DNA of 43,997 bases from an uncultured bacterium (GCA_943914435.1 CALUBY010000002.1:1-43997), one strand, 5' to 3'; positions 1-9,529 are shown, numbered from the stretch's first letter. The notes: generated by a model not told the origin, from the sequence alone. Made by a program: numbers and translations.

Positions 1-45
1 AAGATAATGGTACGCCACTTTCACTGGAATACAATGGAATATACA

Positions 46-68
46 GAAATGGGGACAGGCACCATTTC
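46..68. repeat. 23-nt hairpin repeat, copy 1 (GAAATGG-N9-CCATTTC)
   Basis: 21 of 23 nt are identical to 33324-33346. The 7-bp stem is conserved and both differences fall in the loop. Confidence 0.6.
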
Positions 69-78
69 GACAAAATTT

Positions 79-217
79 TGGACCGTACAGGATTCGGTCA
101 CGAGTTGCGGACATAATCCTCAGCACCTCGGATTCTATCTCGCACTCTCGACCCCGGCTCGGCCACCTCGCTACGCTCGGGCTTCGCGGCCTCCGTCTTT
201 CGAATCCTGTACGGCCC
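79..217 (-). ncRNA. tRNA-Ala-like minihelix / tmRNA-5'-like RNA candidate (139 nt)
   Basis: The minus-strand read starts GGGCCGUACAGGAUUCGAAAG and ends CGAAUCCUGUACGGUCCA. The ends form a 17-bp helix that keeps G3:U70 and discriminator A. The 5' end resembles the conserved tmRNA 5' end (GGAUUCGA, then GCGAAGCCC). No local T-arm hairpin or convincing tag ORF is present. Confidence 0.3.
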
Positions 218-266
218 TACAAAAACACAATTGGCCCCTGCTTGCGCAGGGACCTCATTGTTTTTG

Positions 267-339
267 TGGACCGTACAGGATTCGAACCTGCGACCCTCTC
301 ATTGCAAATGAGATGCTCTACCAACTGAGCTAACGGCCC
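267..339 (-). tRNA. tRNA-Ala (anticodon UGC)
   Basis: A 73-nt cloverleaf was folded by hand: acceptor GGGCCGU/ACGGUCC with G3:U70, D arm GCUC/GAGC, anticodon loop UUUGCAA, T arm GCAGG-UUCGAAU-CCUGU, discriminator A. CCA is not encoded. Confidence 0.93.
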
Positions 340-367
340 GTAGTGATATACGGCGAACTCATGAACT

Positions 368-1342
368 TTAGCGTTTCTTCCCGTCTAAGGCAAGGTCTAC
401 GACGTGGGACAAAAAGTCCGAGAACGAGACCCCTACCGCAGCCAAGGACTTAGGCAGGAGGGATTCAGTGGTCATGCCCGGCAGGGTGTTTGTCTCAATG
501 AAGTAGATACCCTTTGGTGAGACGATGAAATCAGAGCGAGAATAGTGCCGGAGCCCCAGACCCTCGTGCATTACCTGTGCCAGATCCATGAGTTCTTGGC
601 TTATGTCTTTTTGGAACCTACCCGGCACAATCTCTCGGGAGGCACCGGAGTACTTAGCTTCGTATGAGAAGAAATCCTTGGGAGGAGGGATAATCTCAAC
701 AGGTGGCAATCGATAGAGAGCCTCTCCTCGAAGACCCTCAACAACCCCTGCCGTTGCCTCTGTGCCGCGTATAAACTCCTCAACGAGCACACCACCGCAT
801 CCGCTCTGGAGAAGCTCTTCAATGGCGTCGTGGACCGGCTGGAAGCCTCCTACAATACTAATACCTACCGATGAACCCCACTTAACCGGCTTTACAATCA
901 CCGGCTGGTGAAATGAGCGGGTGATATCGCTCGCAGCTTTTTCTATATCGCTTCCTTCTTCAACAAAGCGGTATGCGGGTGTGCGTATACCAAGCTCTTT
1001 TGCCTTTTCTTTGGTGAGCACCTTATGCATGGCGACATACGAGCTGAACGAATCAGAACCGGTATAGGGAACCCCGTATCGCTCAAGGAGCTTCTGCACC
1101 TCACCATCTTCGCCATACTCTCCATGAAGGGCGATAACAACAACATCGATTGAAGGCAGGACGCGCTCGGGCGTTGTGGGGCGGCCACGCTCATGCCATT
1201 TCCCTTCTCTGTCGATATAAATATCGCGGGTGGTAAACCGATCCTCGGAAAGACCCGAAAGGACCGCATGTCCCGTCTTAAGCGAGACGTCATGCTCACG
1301 CGATGGTCCCCCTCGCAGTATGCCAACAACAGTGCCTCTCAT
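368..1342 (-). CDS. ddl: D-alanine--D-alanine ligase
   Basis: 324-aa ORF with the ATP-grasp Ddl pattern (GGPSREHDVSLKTG, HGEYGEDGEVQ, FIETNTLPGMT). Confidence 0.9.
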   Translation of the reverse strand: MRGTVVGILRGGPSREHDVSLKTGHAVLSGLSEDRFTTRDIYIDREGKWHERGRPTTPERVLPSIDVVVIALHGEYGEDGEVQKLLERYGVPYTGSDSFSSYVAMHKVLTKEKAKELGIRTPAYRFVEEGSDIEKAASDITRSFHQPVIVKPVKWGSSVGISIVGGFQPVHDAIEELLQSGCGGVLVEEFIRGTEATAGVVEGLRGEALYRLPPVEIIPPPKDFFSYEAKYSGASREIVPGRFQKDISQELMDLAQVMHEGLGLRHYSRSDFIVSPKGIYFIETNTLPGMTTESLLPKSLAAVGVSFSDFLSHVVDLALDGKKR

Positions 1343-1373
1343 ACGAGAGAGTATAACGCATCTCGTTATAGCC

Positions 1374-2630
1374 TTATCCCTTACGCATTGCGCGAGAGCG
1401 TGCCTGACGATGCTTCGTTATAGAAAACCGATGCGCCTCAGCGTTTGCAAAGACCGCGTCCGCATCTGATACTCCCGCACGCCTTCCTCCAAGCACTTCT
1501 CGAGGACGATGCTTCTCGTCCTTAACAACCGCAATAACCGGGAGCCCGATGCCAACTTCCTTAAGGAGGTCTTCTGCTGCCTTTTTGTGCGTCTTTCCTC
1601 CATCTATGATAAATGCCTTAGGAAGGGGCCACTCAGGGTGCCCGAGGCGACGCGACAGAATCTCCTTTAGTGAGGCAATATCATCATTCAGTGATTTCCC
1701 TCCGCGTCCCTGAATCTTAAAGGTGCGATAATCCTTTTTCACGGGCACACCATTCTCAACAACCGTCATCACGCCGATGACGTTTGTACCGGAAAGATGC
1801 GCAGTGTCATATGCCTCAATGCGAGGGCCCTCATCATCACCCCGATCTTCCTTTATGAGAGACACATCCTGGATGTGATCCAGGGCAAAGAGTTGTTTGC
1901 GGGTATAGCCTGCCTCCTCAAACTGTTCATTCGCCGCAAACGCTTTCATGTCTTTCGTGAGCTGGGCACGAAGTGCCTGCACTCTTCCCGAAAGGAAAAG
2001 CGAGACGTTCCGAATAGAACGCAGATACTCTGAGCGAGCCATGTCCTTTGGGTACTGGCCGATTTGTCGATTGAACTCTACCTTCGCCTGAAGATGCTTG
2101 TTCCCTTCACCCACAGGCTTCTGGGTGTCATAGAAGGGGAATATCTTACGGATAAGCCGGAGACCTTCTCGAAGCTGATACCCCGAAGGAAACGGGCCAT
2201 GGATGTGCTTGAGCTTCAATCCCGTTGCCATAACCTTCTTTCCTTTCATATCAATCTCTGCCCCACGAATAGCAAGCACGCGTGGTATCTGCTCGTCGGT
2301 AATAACGGCATACAAAAAGGTTTTGTCGTCCTTTCCCATCGCGTTTGCCGGAGGAAGGTGCTCACGGATAAGTGCCGCCTCACGCACCAAAGCTTCAAGC
2401 ACCGTGGGCGTTGCCTCGTACGAAATACCATCGGCCTTTGTAACCATGTCCACAATACGAGGGCCACGTGTTGCAATGAGTTCCGCATCAAAATAAGAAC
2501 GCACGCGATCACGCAGCGACGTTGCTTTGCCTATATAGAGAATCTTCTTTGCGCGCCCTTTCCCTTGGGTAAAGAGATAGACTCCCGGACAGTCCGGAAG
2601 GTCATAGGTGCTGAGACTAGCGCGTTCCAT
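1374..2630 (-). CDS. uvrC: Excinuclease ABC subunit C, short form lacking the C-terminal (HhH)2
   Basis: 418 aa. It has a GIY-YIG domain (GVYLF..ILYIGKATSLRDRVRSYF), a UVR-like segment (EQFEEAGYTRKQLFALDHI) and an RNase H-like endonuclease part (EAYDTAHLSG, IIDGGKTH, AEAHRF). The protein ends about 180 aa before a typical UvrC. Confidence 0.85.
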   Translation of the reverse strand: MERASLSTYDLPDCPGVYLFTQGKGRAKKILYIGKATSLRDRVRSYFDAELIATRGPRIVDMVTKADGISYEATPTVLEALVREAALIREHLPPANAMGKDDKTFLYAVITDEQIPRVLAIRGAEIDMKGKKVMATGLKLKHIHGPFPSGYQLREGLRLIRKIFPFYDTQKPVGEGNKHLQAKVEFNRQIGQYPKDMARSEYLRSIRNVSLFLSGRVQALRAQLTKDMKAFAANEQFEEAGYTRKQLFALDHIQDVSLIKEDRGDDEGPRIEAYDTAHLSGTNVIGVMTVVENGVPVKKDYRTFKIQGRGGKSLNDDIASLKEILSRRLGHPEWPLPKAFIIDGGKTHKKAAEDLLKEVGIGLPVIAVVKDEKHRPREVLGGRRAGVSDADAVFANAEAHRFSITKHRQARSRAMRKG

Positions 2631-2661
2631 GTGTCTATCCTACGCGCTTAAAGGGGCAATT

Positions 2662-2684
2662 GAAAAGGCCCGCCGAAGCGGGCC
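2662..2684 (-). terminator. Intrinsic terminator after the 111-aa ORF
   Basis: Minus strand reads GGCCCGC-UUCG-GCGGGCC followed by UUUU, starting 5 nt after the stop codon. Confidence 0.75.
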
Positions 2685-2688
2685 CCAA

Positions 2689-3024
2689 CTACGCAGCAAC
2701 GGGTACCGAGCGGGCAGGTGTCGGGCAGTGTGCCCTGTCAGACAAGGCCGTGCGAAACCATGAGCAGAGATAGTTCGGCGCACAAGATCCGTTTACCCAC
2801 TCCTCATATTCTCGAGCCACTCGCATAATAGCGAATTCGGACGACATCGGCGCATCAATCGATTTGCAGTACAAAAACAAGAACAAGTTCTCGTCGCTGA
2901 TTGTCCGGTCGAAATCCGCAAACCTTGATGCGCAGTATTGCCGAAGACGAGGAATCATCTTCTTGCCCATCACTGAACTTCTTGTGAGCTTCGTACAGTC
3001 AAGATATATCTTCTTGCGACTCAT
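2689..3024 (-). CDS. Hypothetical Cys-containing 111-aa protein wedged between uvrA and uvrC
   Basis: A strong SD (AAGGAGGAAGAG) lies immediately upstream of the ATG and the gene has its own terminator. I recognise no motif. Confidence 0.6.
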   Translation of the reverse strand: MSRKKIYLDCTKLTRSSVMGKKMIPRLRQYCASRFADFDRTISDENLFLFLYCKSIDAPMSSEFAIMRVAREYEEWVNGSCAPNYLCSWFRTALSDRAHCPTPARSVPVAA

Positions 3025-3082
3025 CTCTTCCTCCTTGGAACAAGGTATCTAAAGCCTAAGAGTATCATGCTCCTCACTGGTT

Positions 3083-5761
3083 TTAGGACTTTTTCACCGG
3101 CTTTTGATGCTTCTTCAGAAGCTTTGCGAGGTACTGTCCGGTATATGAGCCCTCCACTTCTGCCACTTCCTCGGGAGTACCCTTTGCAATAACCTTGCCG
3201 CCACCAGTACCGCCCTCAGGACCAAAGTCGATAATGTGGTCCGCGCTCTTAATCACATCAAGATTGTGCTCGATAACAACCACCGTGTTACCCCTGCGCA
3301 CGAGCTCCTGCACAATCTCAATCAGCTTGCGCACGTCCTCATAGTGAAGACCCACCGTTGGCTCATCAAGAAGATAGAGCGTCTTCATGGTGATAGGACG
3401 ATAGAGTTCGCTCGCAATCTTCACGCGCTGTGCTTCGCCTCCGGAAAGTGTCGTCGCGCTTTGTCCAAGCGTGAGGTACTGAAGACCCGTTGAGTTAAGA
3501 CTCTCAAGGCGATCATTAATGGCAGGAATATCCTTGAAGAATTCTTCTGCCTCTTCAACGGTCATCTTGAGGACCTCATAAATATTCTTCCCCCGATACG
3601 TAACCTCAAGCGTTTCTTTCATGTAGCGCGTGCCGTTACATACGTCACAGGTCACATAGACCGTTGGAAGGAAGTGCATCTCCACCGCAATCACACCATT
3701 TCCCTGACACGCTTCACAGCGCCCTCCTGCCACGTTGAAAGAGAACCGTCCTGGCTTCCAGCCACGAGCGCGAGCCTCAGGTGACGACGCGAACAAATCA
3801 CGAATATGAGTAAAGGCACCCGTATAGGTTGCCGGGTTTGACCGCGGCGTCCGGCCAATAGGAGACTGATCGATAAGCACCACGCGTCCGAGGTACTCAG
3901 TTCCCGTCATACTCGCTGCATTCTCTACTTCCGCCTGTTTGCGAGAGAAACGCATTGCCACATTCTTATGCAGCACATCGTAGAGGAATGTTGATTTTCC
4001 AGATCCTGATACGCCCGTTATACACACGAGTTTTCCAAGCGGAATCTCAACATTCTGGTTCTTAAGGTTATGCAGTGTTGCACCCTTAATCTTTATGGAA
4101 CCCTTCTCGCCTTCTCGACGCTTCTCGGGAAGCTCAACGCGGGTTTCCTCACGCAGGTACGAGAGGGTGGTTGAGCCGCTTTCGTTCTTGTCCGCGGTGA
4201 GCAAATCATCGAGCCAGCCGGACGCCACCACATTGCCGCCATGTACTCCTGCTCCCGGACCAATATCAAGGAGGTAGTCTGCTGCGTAAATAGTATCCTC
4301 ATCGTGCTCTACCACGAGAATAGTGTTTCCAAGCTCCTTAAGTGTGAGAAGCGTACTGATGAGACGTTCGTTATCACGCTGATGAAGACCAATAGTAGGC
4401 TCATCAAGCACATAGAGCGCACCCACAAGCCCCGTACCAAGCTGGGACGCAAGACGAATGCGCTGGGCCTCGCCTCCGGAGAGTGTCGCCGCAGAACGAT
4501 TCAGGGTGAGGTAGTCGAGTCCCACGTTCAGCATGAAATCCAAGCGGTTCGTAATCTCTCGCACGATAGGGACCGCAATCTCTTCTTTCATTTCAGAAAG
4601 ATGCAGATTATTCATGAAGTCTTTCGCGTCTGCGATGCTCATGCCCACAAAGTCCACGATGTTTACGCCAAGGTCCGTCTTCTTCTCACTTCGCCCACGC
4701 GGGAGCTCACTCGTAGAAAGATACACACGCAGAGCTTCAGGGCGCAGGCGCTTTCCTTCACACACCGGACACACTTCATCTGAGAACAGGGACTTTGTGC
4801 CAAGCCCATTACAGTTTGGACACGCACCATACGGACTATTGAAGGAAAAGAGACGTGGCTCTACTTCAGGGAATGCTGCACCGTCCTCAGGACAGATAAA
4901 CTTCGACGAGAGGGTCTCCATGCTGCCGTCAGCATGCTTAATCTTTACCAATCCATCGCTCTCTTTGAGCGCAAGCTCAAGCGCCTCAGACAGACGCTCT
5001 CTTGCCGCATCAGGACTGCGGTCAAACTCAGATACATAAATAGAATCAACCACCGCATCAATGTCGTGACGCTTGTTACGATCAAGCACCACCTTCTCGC
5101 GAAGCGCATGAGGAGCGCCATCAATCAAAACCTTCTCAAATCCTTTGCTTAAGAGGTCATAGAGGAGCTGGTAGTACTCGCCCTTTCGTCCAACCACTAC
5201 CGGTGCATAGATGGTAATAGCCGTTTTGTCGACAGCAACACCCATAACCTCTTCTTTCGTGCGGTTATCAGATCGCTTCTTAATGTTCATCTGAACAAGA
5301 CGAATCATTTCCTCCTTGGAGAGTTTCTCAATTGGCACATCGTGGTGCACACAGTACGGCTGACCGGCTCTCGCATAGAGCACGCGGAGGTAATCATAAA
5401 TTTCCGTTACGGTTGCAACGGTTGATCGAGGGTTATTAGAGCGTGACTTCTGATCTATCGAAATAGCAGGAGCAAGACCGGTTATCTCATCAACATCCGG
5501 TTTCTGCATTTGGTTGAGGAACTGACGTGCGTATGCAGAGAGGGACTCAACATAGCGACGCTGACCTTCCGCAAATATAGTATCGAACGCAAATGATGAC
5601 TTTCCCGAGCCTGAAAGACCCGTGACCACGGTCATAGCACCGCGTGGAAACTCGGTGCTGATGTTTTTAAGGTTATGAGTACGAGCACCCTTCACGCGGA
5701 TCCAATCCTCGCCAATGTGCTGCTCGTGCTTGTGTGCCGTCTTCTTTTTTGAGGTGGCCAT
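3083..5761 (-). CDS. uvrA: Excinuclease ABC subunit A
   Basis: 892 aa with two ABC modules (GLSGSGKSS and GVSGSGKST Walker A; LSGGEAQR twice) and Cys clusters ([22 protein letters not shown]). Confidence 0.95.
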   Translation of the reverse strand: MATSKKKTAHKHEQHIGEDWIRVKGARTHNLKNISTEFPRGAMTVVTGLSGSGKSSFAFDTIFAEGQRRYVESLSAYARQFLNQMQKPDVDEITGLAPAISIDQKSRSNNPRSTVATVTEIYDYLRVLYARAGQPYCVHHDVPIEKLSKEEMIRLVQMNIKKRSDNRTKEEVMGVAVDKTAITIYAPVVVGRKGEYYQLLYDLLSKGFEKVLIDGAPHALREKVVLDRNKRHDIDAVVDSIYVSEFDRSPDAARERLSEALELALKESDGLVKIKHADGSMETLSSKFICPEDGAAFPEVEPRLFSFNSPYGACPNCNGLGTKSLFSDEVCPVCEGKRLRPEALRVYLSTSELPRGRSEKKTDLGVNIVDFVGMSIADAKDFMNNLHLSEMKEEIAVPIVREITNRLDFMLNVGLDYLTLNRSAATLSGGEAQRIRLASQLGTGLVGALYVLDEPTIGLHQRDNERLISTLLTLKELGNTILVVEHDEDTIYAADYLLDIGPGAGVHGGNVVASGWLDDLLTADKNESGSTTLSYLREETRVELPEKRREGEKGSIKIKGATLHNLKNQNVEIPLGKLVCITGVSGSGKSTFLYDVLHKNVAMRFSRKQAEVENAASMTGTEYLGRVVLIDQSPIGRTPRSNPATYTGAFTHIRDLFASSPEARARGWKPGRFSFNVAGGRCEACQGNGVIAVEMHFLPTVYVTCDVCNGTRYMKETLEVTYRGKNIYEVLKMTVEEAEEFFKDIPAINDRLESLNSTGLQYLTLGQSATTLSGGEAQRVKIASELYRPITMKTLYLLDEPTVGLHYEDVRKLIEIVQELVRRGNTVVVIEHNLDVIKSADHIIDFGPEGGTGGGKVIAKGTPEEVAEVEGSYTGQYLAKLLKKHQKPVKKS

Positions 5762-5801
5762 GGGTAGTGTTTGTATGGAAATGTCCTACCCGTGGCGGGG
5801 C

Positions 5802-5823
5802 AGGTGCACCTACTACTATACCA
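5802..5823 (-). promoter_or_regulatory. Putative uvrA promoter (extended -10 TGGTATAGT) with the 10-bp palindrome AGGTGCACCT at the predicted start site
   Basis: Minus strand reads GTGTGGTATAGTAGTAGGTGCACCTGCC. The -10 is at 5815-5820 and the palindrome at 5802-5811. Confidence 0.4.
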
Positions 5824-5876
5824 CACTTCCCCCCCCTTAAGAGGAGATGAAGAAAGGTCTCTTTGTAGGCCCGGAC

Positions 5877-6305
5877 TTACGCGGTAGCGGGTGGAACCGG
5901 TACTTCAACTGGCGCGGGTGCAGGTGCATTTGCCGCAAGAAGTCCTTCCATCTTCGCTACGATTTCCTCAATCGCAACTTCTGCCTTGATAAGGTAGTCA
6001 TTTGCACCCATCGACTTTGCCTTTTCAATATCTGCTGTTGCGCCGAGGTTTGATACCACTATCACGGGCACGTTCCGAAGCTCATCGGTGCGCGCACGAA
6101 TAGCCGCCAATACCTCAAAACCTCCCATGGTTGGAAGCATGAGATCAAGGAGAATGAGCACGGGCTTGTACTGATCAACAAGAGCAAGTGCTTCGTTACC
6201 ATCAGAGGCGTAGACCGTCTGATATTTTCCCGCAAGGGTGTGCCCTAAAAGATTCTTAAGAATTGGGTCGTCTTCTACGACGAGAATAGATGCGAGGTCA
6301 GCCAT
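5877..6305 (-). CDS. Stand-alone response-regulator receiver protein (CheY-like, no output domain)
   Basis: 142 aa with ILVVEDDP, LILLDLMLP (phospho-acceptor Asp) and DYLIK. The C-terminal tail is Ala/Pro-rich. Confidence 0.85.
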   Translation of the reverse strand: MADLASILVVEDDPILKNLLGHTLAGKYQTVYASDGNEALALVDQYKPVLILLDLMLPTMGGFEVLAAIRARTDELRNVPVIVVSNLGATADIEKAKSMGANDYLIKAEVAIEEIVAKMEGLLAANAPAPAPVEVPVPPATA

Positions 6306-6329
6306 ATGTAAAGTATCACCCTTCCTCTC

Positions 6330-7415
6330 TTATGAGGCAATAGGGAGAGAAAGCGTAAACGTGGTGCCCTGTGTTCCCTCGTTTGGACGGAACGAAAGGT
6401 CACCTCCGTGGTCTTTTGCAACGGTGCGCGCAATATAAAGACCCAGGCCATTTCCGCCGTTTTGCTTTGTAATAGCGTTTGGCGCTCGGTAGAAACGCTC
6501 AAAAATCTTGCCGCGGTCTTCAGGAGAGATGCCAATGCCGGTATCACGGACACGAACATACACCATACGCTCGCTCGTTACCTCTGTGGTGACCCGTACG
6601 GACCCTCCTGACGGTGTGTACCGAATAGCGTTCTCTATGAGATTGTTCAGTACCCAGCGAATACGTTCTTTATCAATATTTACCGCTGCACTCGCGGCAC
6701 CCGACTTCTCAAACACAAGAGACACTCCTGCTTCCCCTGCGGCAGCCTGGAAATCAACCGTTACCTCAGTAACCAGCTCATCAAGCTTTGCTGGCTTCAT
6801 ATCGTACTTATACTTTCCAGACTCAATACTCGATATATCAAGCAGAGTACCTACGACGGTCACTAGCTGGTGACTTTTCTCGGTTGCACTCGTAACCAGT
6901 GCCTTCTGGGTGTCGGTGAGCTGTTCCATCTGAAGTGCCTCAAGCGCCCAGCGAATACCCGTGAGAGGTGTGCGCAGCTGATGCGCGGCAGTTGAGATAA
7001 AGTCAGACTTAATGCGAGACACTTCCACGTCATGCTTGTGTACCTCCTCCACTCGTCCGGTGAACGATGTAAAGACCTCAACAAGCGCACGAACCTCTTT
7101 AGGTGCCCAGCCTGTTGCTGGAGTGGGTTTCTCACCCGTCTCTGCAAAGGTTTTCATGGCAAGCGTAATGTCGCGGACCGGCTTTGCAATATAGGTACCA
7201 ACGGCCAGGAACAGAATAACGAGAAGCCCGACCGACAAAAGGAGACTGGTTACGGAAGTAGCAACAACAATCAACGATAATTCAGCATTGTTTTCGATAC
7301 TTGAAAGTAGCGGCATGAGCTGTGACTGCAGGAAGAGTCCTGACACGAGAATCATGCCAATAGACAGGAGAAAGATACCCCCGAGGAGCGTCGCCATGAA
7401 CATGCGTATGGTCAT
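6330..7415 (-). CDS. Membrane sensor histidine kinase
   Basis: 361 aa with two N-terminal TM helices, a HAMP-like linker, H-box STAAHQLRTPLTGI, N-box LNNLIENAIRYT, G1 VRDTGIGI and G2 GGNGLGLYIA. Confidence 0.9.
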   Translation of the reverse strand: MTIRMFMATLLGGIFLLSIGMILVSGLFLQSQLMPLLSSIENNAELSLIVVATSVTSLLLSVGLLVILFLAVGTYIAKPVRDITLAMKTFAETGEKPTPATGWAPKEVRALVEVFTSFTGRVEEVHKHDVEVSRIKSDFISTAAHQLRTPLTGIRWALEALQMEQLTDTQKALVTSATEKSHQLVTVVGTLLDISSIESGKYKYDMKPAKLDELVTEVTVDFQAAAGEAGVSLVFEKSGAASAAVNIDKERIRWVLNNLIENAIRYTPSGGSVRVTTEVTSERMVYVRVRDTGIGISPEDRGKIFERFYRAPNAITKQNGGNGLGLYIARTVAKDHGGDLSFRPNEGTQGTTFTLSLPIAS

Positions 7416-7450
7416 AGGCGAATGGTATCACGCAACCGGAAGCCGTATGG

Positions 7451-9529
7451 CTACCGTCCCCTGCGCTTTGTAGGTGCTTTTTTAGCAACACGCGCCTTTT
7501 TTTCCGGCACCTCCTTGCCTTCAAGGGCATAAATCTCATCACGCAGTATTGCCGCCGTTTCAAAATCAAGAGCTTCAACCGCATCTGCCATTTGCTGACG
7601 CTTCTGCTTCATAAAGGCAGTCGGGTCTTCTTCGTAGAGCTTCGTATCAAGCTCAAGCAAGCTGCCCACCGTCTTTTGGTGCTCAGAGCGCATACTCTCG
7701 GCAATGTCTTTAATTTCCTTCTTAATGGTAAGAGGGGTAATGCCGTGCTTTGTGTTGTACGCAATTTGAATCTTTCGACGGCGTTCCGTCTCACCAATTG
7801 CTCGTTCCATAGAGCCGGTCATAACGTCGGCATAGAGAATCACCGTACCGAGCACATTACGTGCAGCACGTCCTATGGTCTGAATAAGAGACGTTTCGGA
7901 GCGAAGGAATCCTTCCTTGTCCGCGTCAAGAATGCCCACGAGCTCTACCTCCGGCAAATCGAGACCTTCACGAAGCAGGTTCACACCAACAAGCACATCA
8001 AACGTTCCTCGTCTAAATGCTGTCAGAATATCAATGCGATCGATAGTCTTTACGTCTGAGTGGAGGTACTCAGCTTTCATACCCTTCTCCTTAAGGAACT
8101 CCGAAAGGTCTTCTGCCATCTGCTTTGTGAGAGTCGTCGCGAGTGCGCGACCTCCCCGTTTGATAACGATTTCCGCTTCCTGAATGAAGTCAGCGACCTG
8201 TCCCTTATAATCACCATTCCCCACAATCGGCTTAATGGTGAGCTCAGGGTCAACGAGTCCTGTCGGACGAATAATCTGCTCCGCAACCTGCCCATCAGGC
8301 GGAACGCTGTGCTCTATTTCGTACTTGCCGGGGGTCGCTGATGTGTAGATAGTTTGGCCAATACGTTCTTCAAACTCATCAAACTTCAAAGGACGGTTGT
8401 CACGCGCAGACGGAAGACGGAACCCGTGCTCAACAAGCGTATCTTTACGTGAACGATCTCCTGCATACATACCACCCACCTGCGTCACGGTGACATGAGA
8501 CTCATCGATAACGGTTAGGAAGTCAGGCCTCCCATCTTTTGTGTGAGGGAAATACGAAAGAAGTGTGTGTGCAGCTTCTCCTGGTGCACGTCCATCAAAG
8601 TGACGTGAGTAATTCTCAATACCTGAGGTGTATCCCATCTCACGTATAAGCGCTAGGTCATGCTGTGTGCGACGCTTCAAGCGCTCGTGCTCAAGAACCT
8701 TTTCTTCACGCTTAAACACGGCAAGCTGCTCTTCGAGCTCGTTCTTTATGCTTTCAAGCGCGCGTGCGCGACCTTCCTCGTCCGTAACAAAGTGTTTGGC
8801 AGGGAAGACAAAGAGGGAATCGGGAGTACCCGTGAGCGCACGTGATACTGGATCAAGACACTCAATACGAGAGATGGTTTCCCCATCAAACAGAATGCGG
8901 TACACCACTCGTTCGTTTGTCGGCATGAGCTCAACTACGTTCCCTACGGCGCGAATCTTTCCGGGCTCAAGGTCGGCGTTTGTGCGCTCAAAATAAATAC
9001 CGATGAGCTTGCGGATGAGTGCCGCTCTATTCTCTTCTCCTCCCACCAAGAGTTTTACGTGACGCTTCTCGTAGTTTTCAGGAGACCCAAGACCATAAAT
9101 AGCAGACACGGACGCGACAATAATAACGTCTTTGCGAGTGAGGAGTGCCTGGGTTGCGGCATGACGGAGGCGATCAATTTCTGCGTTTATCTGCGCTTCT
9201 TTCTCGATAAACGTATCCGAGTGCGCAATATACGCCTCTGGCTGGTAGTAGTCGTAGTACGACACAAAATAGTGCACCGCGTTCTCCGGAAAGAACTCGC
9301 GATACTCCTGAGCAAGCTGGGCAGCCAGGGTCTTGTTATGCGCCATCACGAGCGTCGGCTTCCCCACGTTCTGAATAACGTTTGCAATGGTATAAGTTTT
9401 GCCTGAGCCGGTAACACCAAGCAGCGTTTGGTGGCGCATACCCTTCTTCACACCCTCGGTGAGCTTTTCTATAGCCCTTGGCTGATCGCCTGCAGGCGGA
9501 AAGGGGCTGTGCATCTTAAAAGTCGCCAT
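7451..9529 (-). CDS. uvrB: Excinuclease ABC subunit B
   Basis: 692 aa with helicase motifs GVTGSGKT and DESHVT, plus a C-terminal UVR domain (FETAAILRDEIYAL). Confidence 0.95.
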   Translation of the reverse strand: MATFKMHSPFPPAGDQPRAIEKLTEGVKKGMRHQTLLGVTGSGKTYTIANVIQNVGKPTLVMAHNKTLAAQLAQEYREFFPENAVHYFVSYYDYYQPEAYIAHSDTFIEKEAQINAEIDRLRHAATQALLTRKDVIIVASVSAIYGLGSPENYEKRHVKLLVGGEENRAALIRKLIGIYFERTNADLEPGKIRAVGNVVELMPTNERVVYRILFDGETISRIECLDPVSRALTGTPDSLFVFPAKHFVTDEEGRARALESIKNELEEQLAVFKREEKVLEHERLKRRTQHDLALIREMGYTSGIENYSRHFDGRAPGEAAHTLLSYFPHTKDGRPDFLTVIDESHVTVTQVGGMYAGDRSRKDTLVEHGFRLPSARDNRPLKFDEFEERIGQTIYTSATPGKYEIEHSVPPDGQVAEQIIRPTGLVDPELTIKPIVGNGDYKGQVADFIQEAEIVIKRGGRALATTLTKQMAEDLSEFLKEKGMKAEYLHSDVKTIDRIDILTAFRRGTFDVLVGVNLLREGLDLPEVELVGILDADKEGFLRSETSLIQTIGRAARNVLGTVILYADVMTGSMERAIGETERRRKIQIAYNTKHGITPLTIKKEIKDIAESMRSEHQKTVGSLLELDTKLYEEDPTAFMKQKRQQMADAVEALDFETAAILRDEIYALEGKEVPEKKARVAKKAPTKRRGR

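Noticed and set aside
7-333. 108-aa plus-strand ORF at the window start
   Set aside because: It runs antisense across the tRNA-Ala gene and the inverted tRNA-derived repeats. It has no SD and a low-complexity Pro/Arg/Ser composition, so it is an artefact of GC-rich non-coding sequence.
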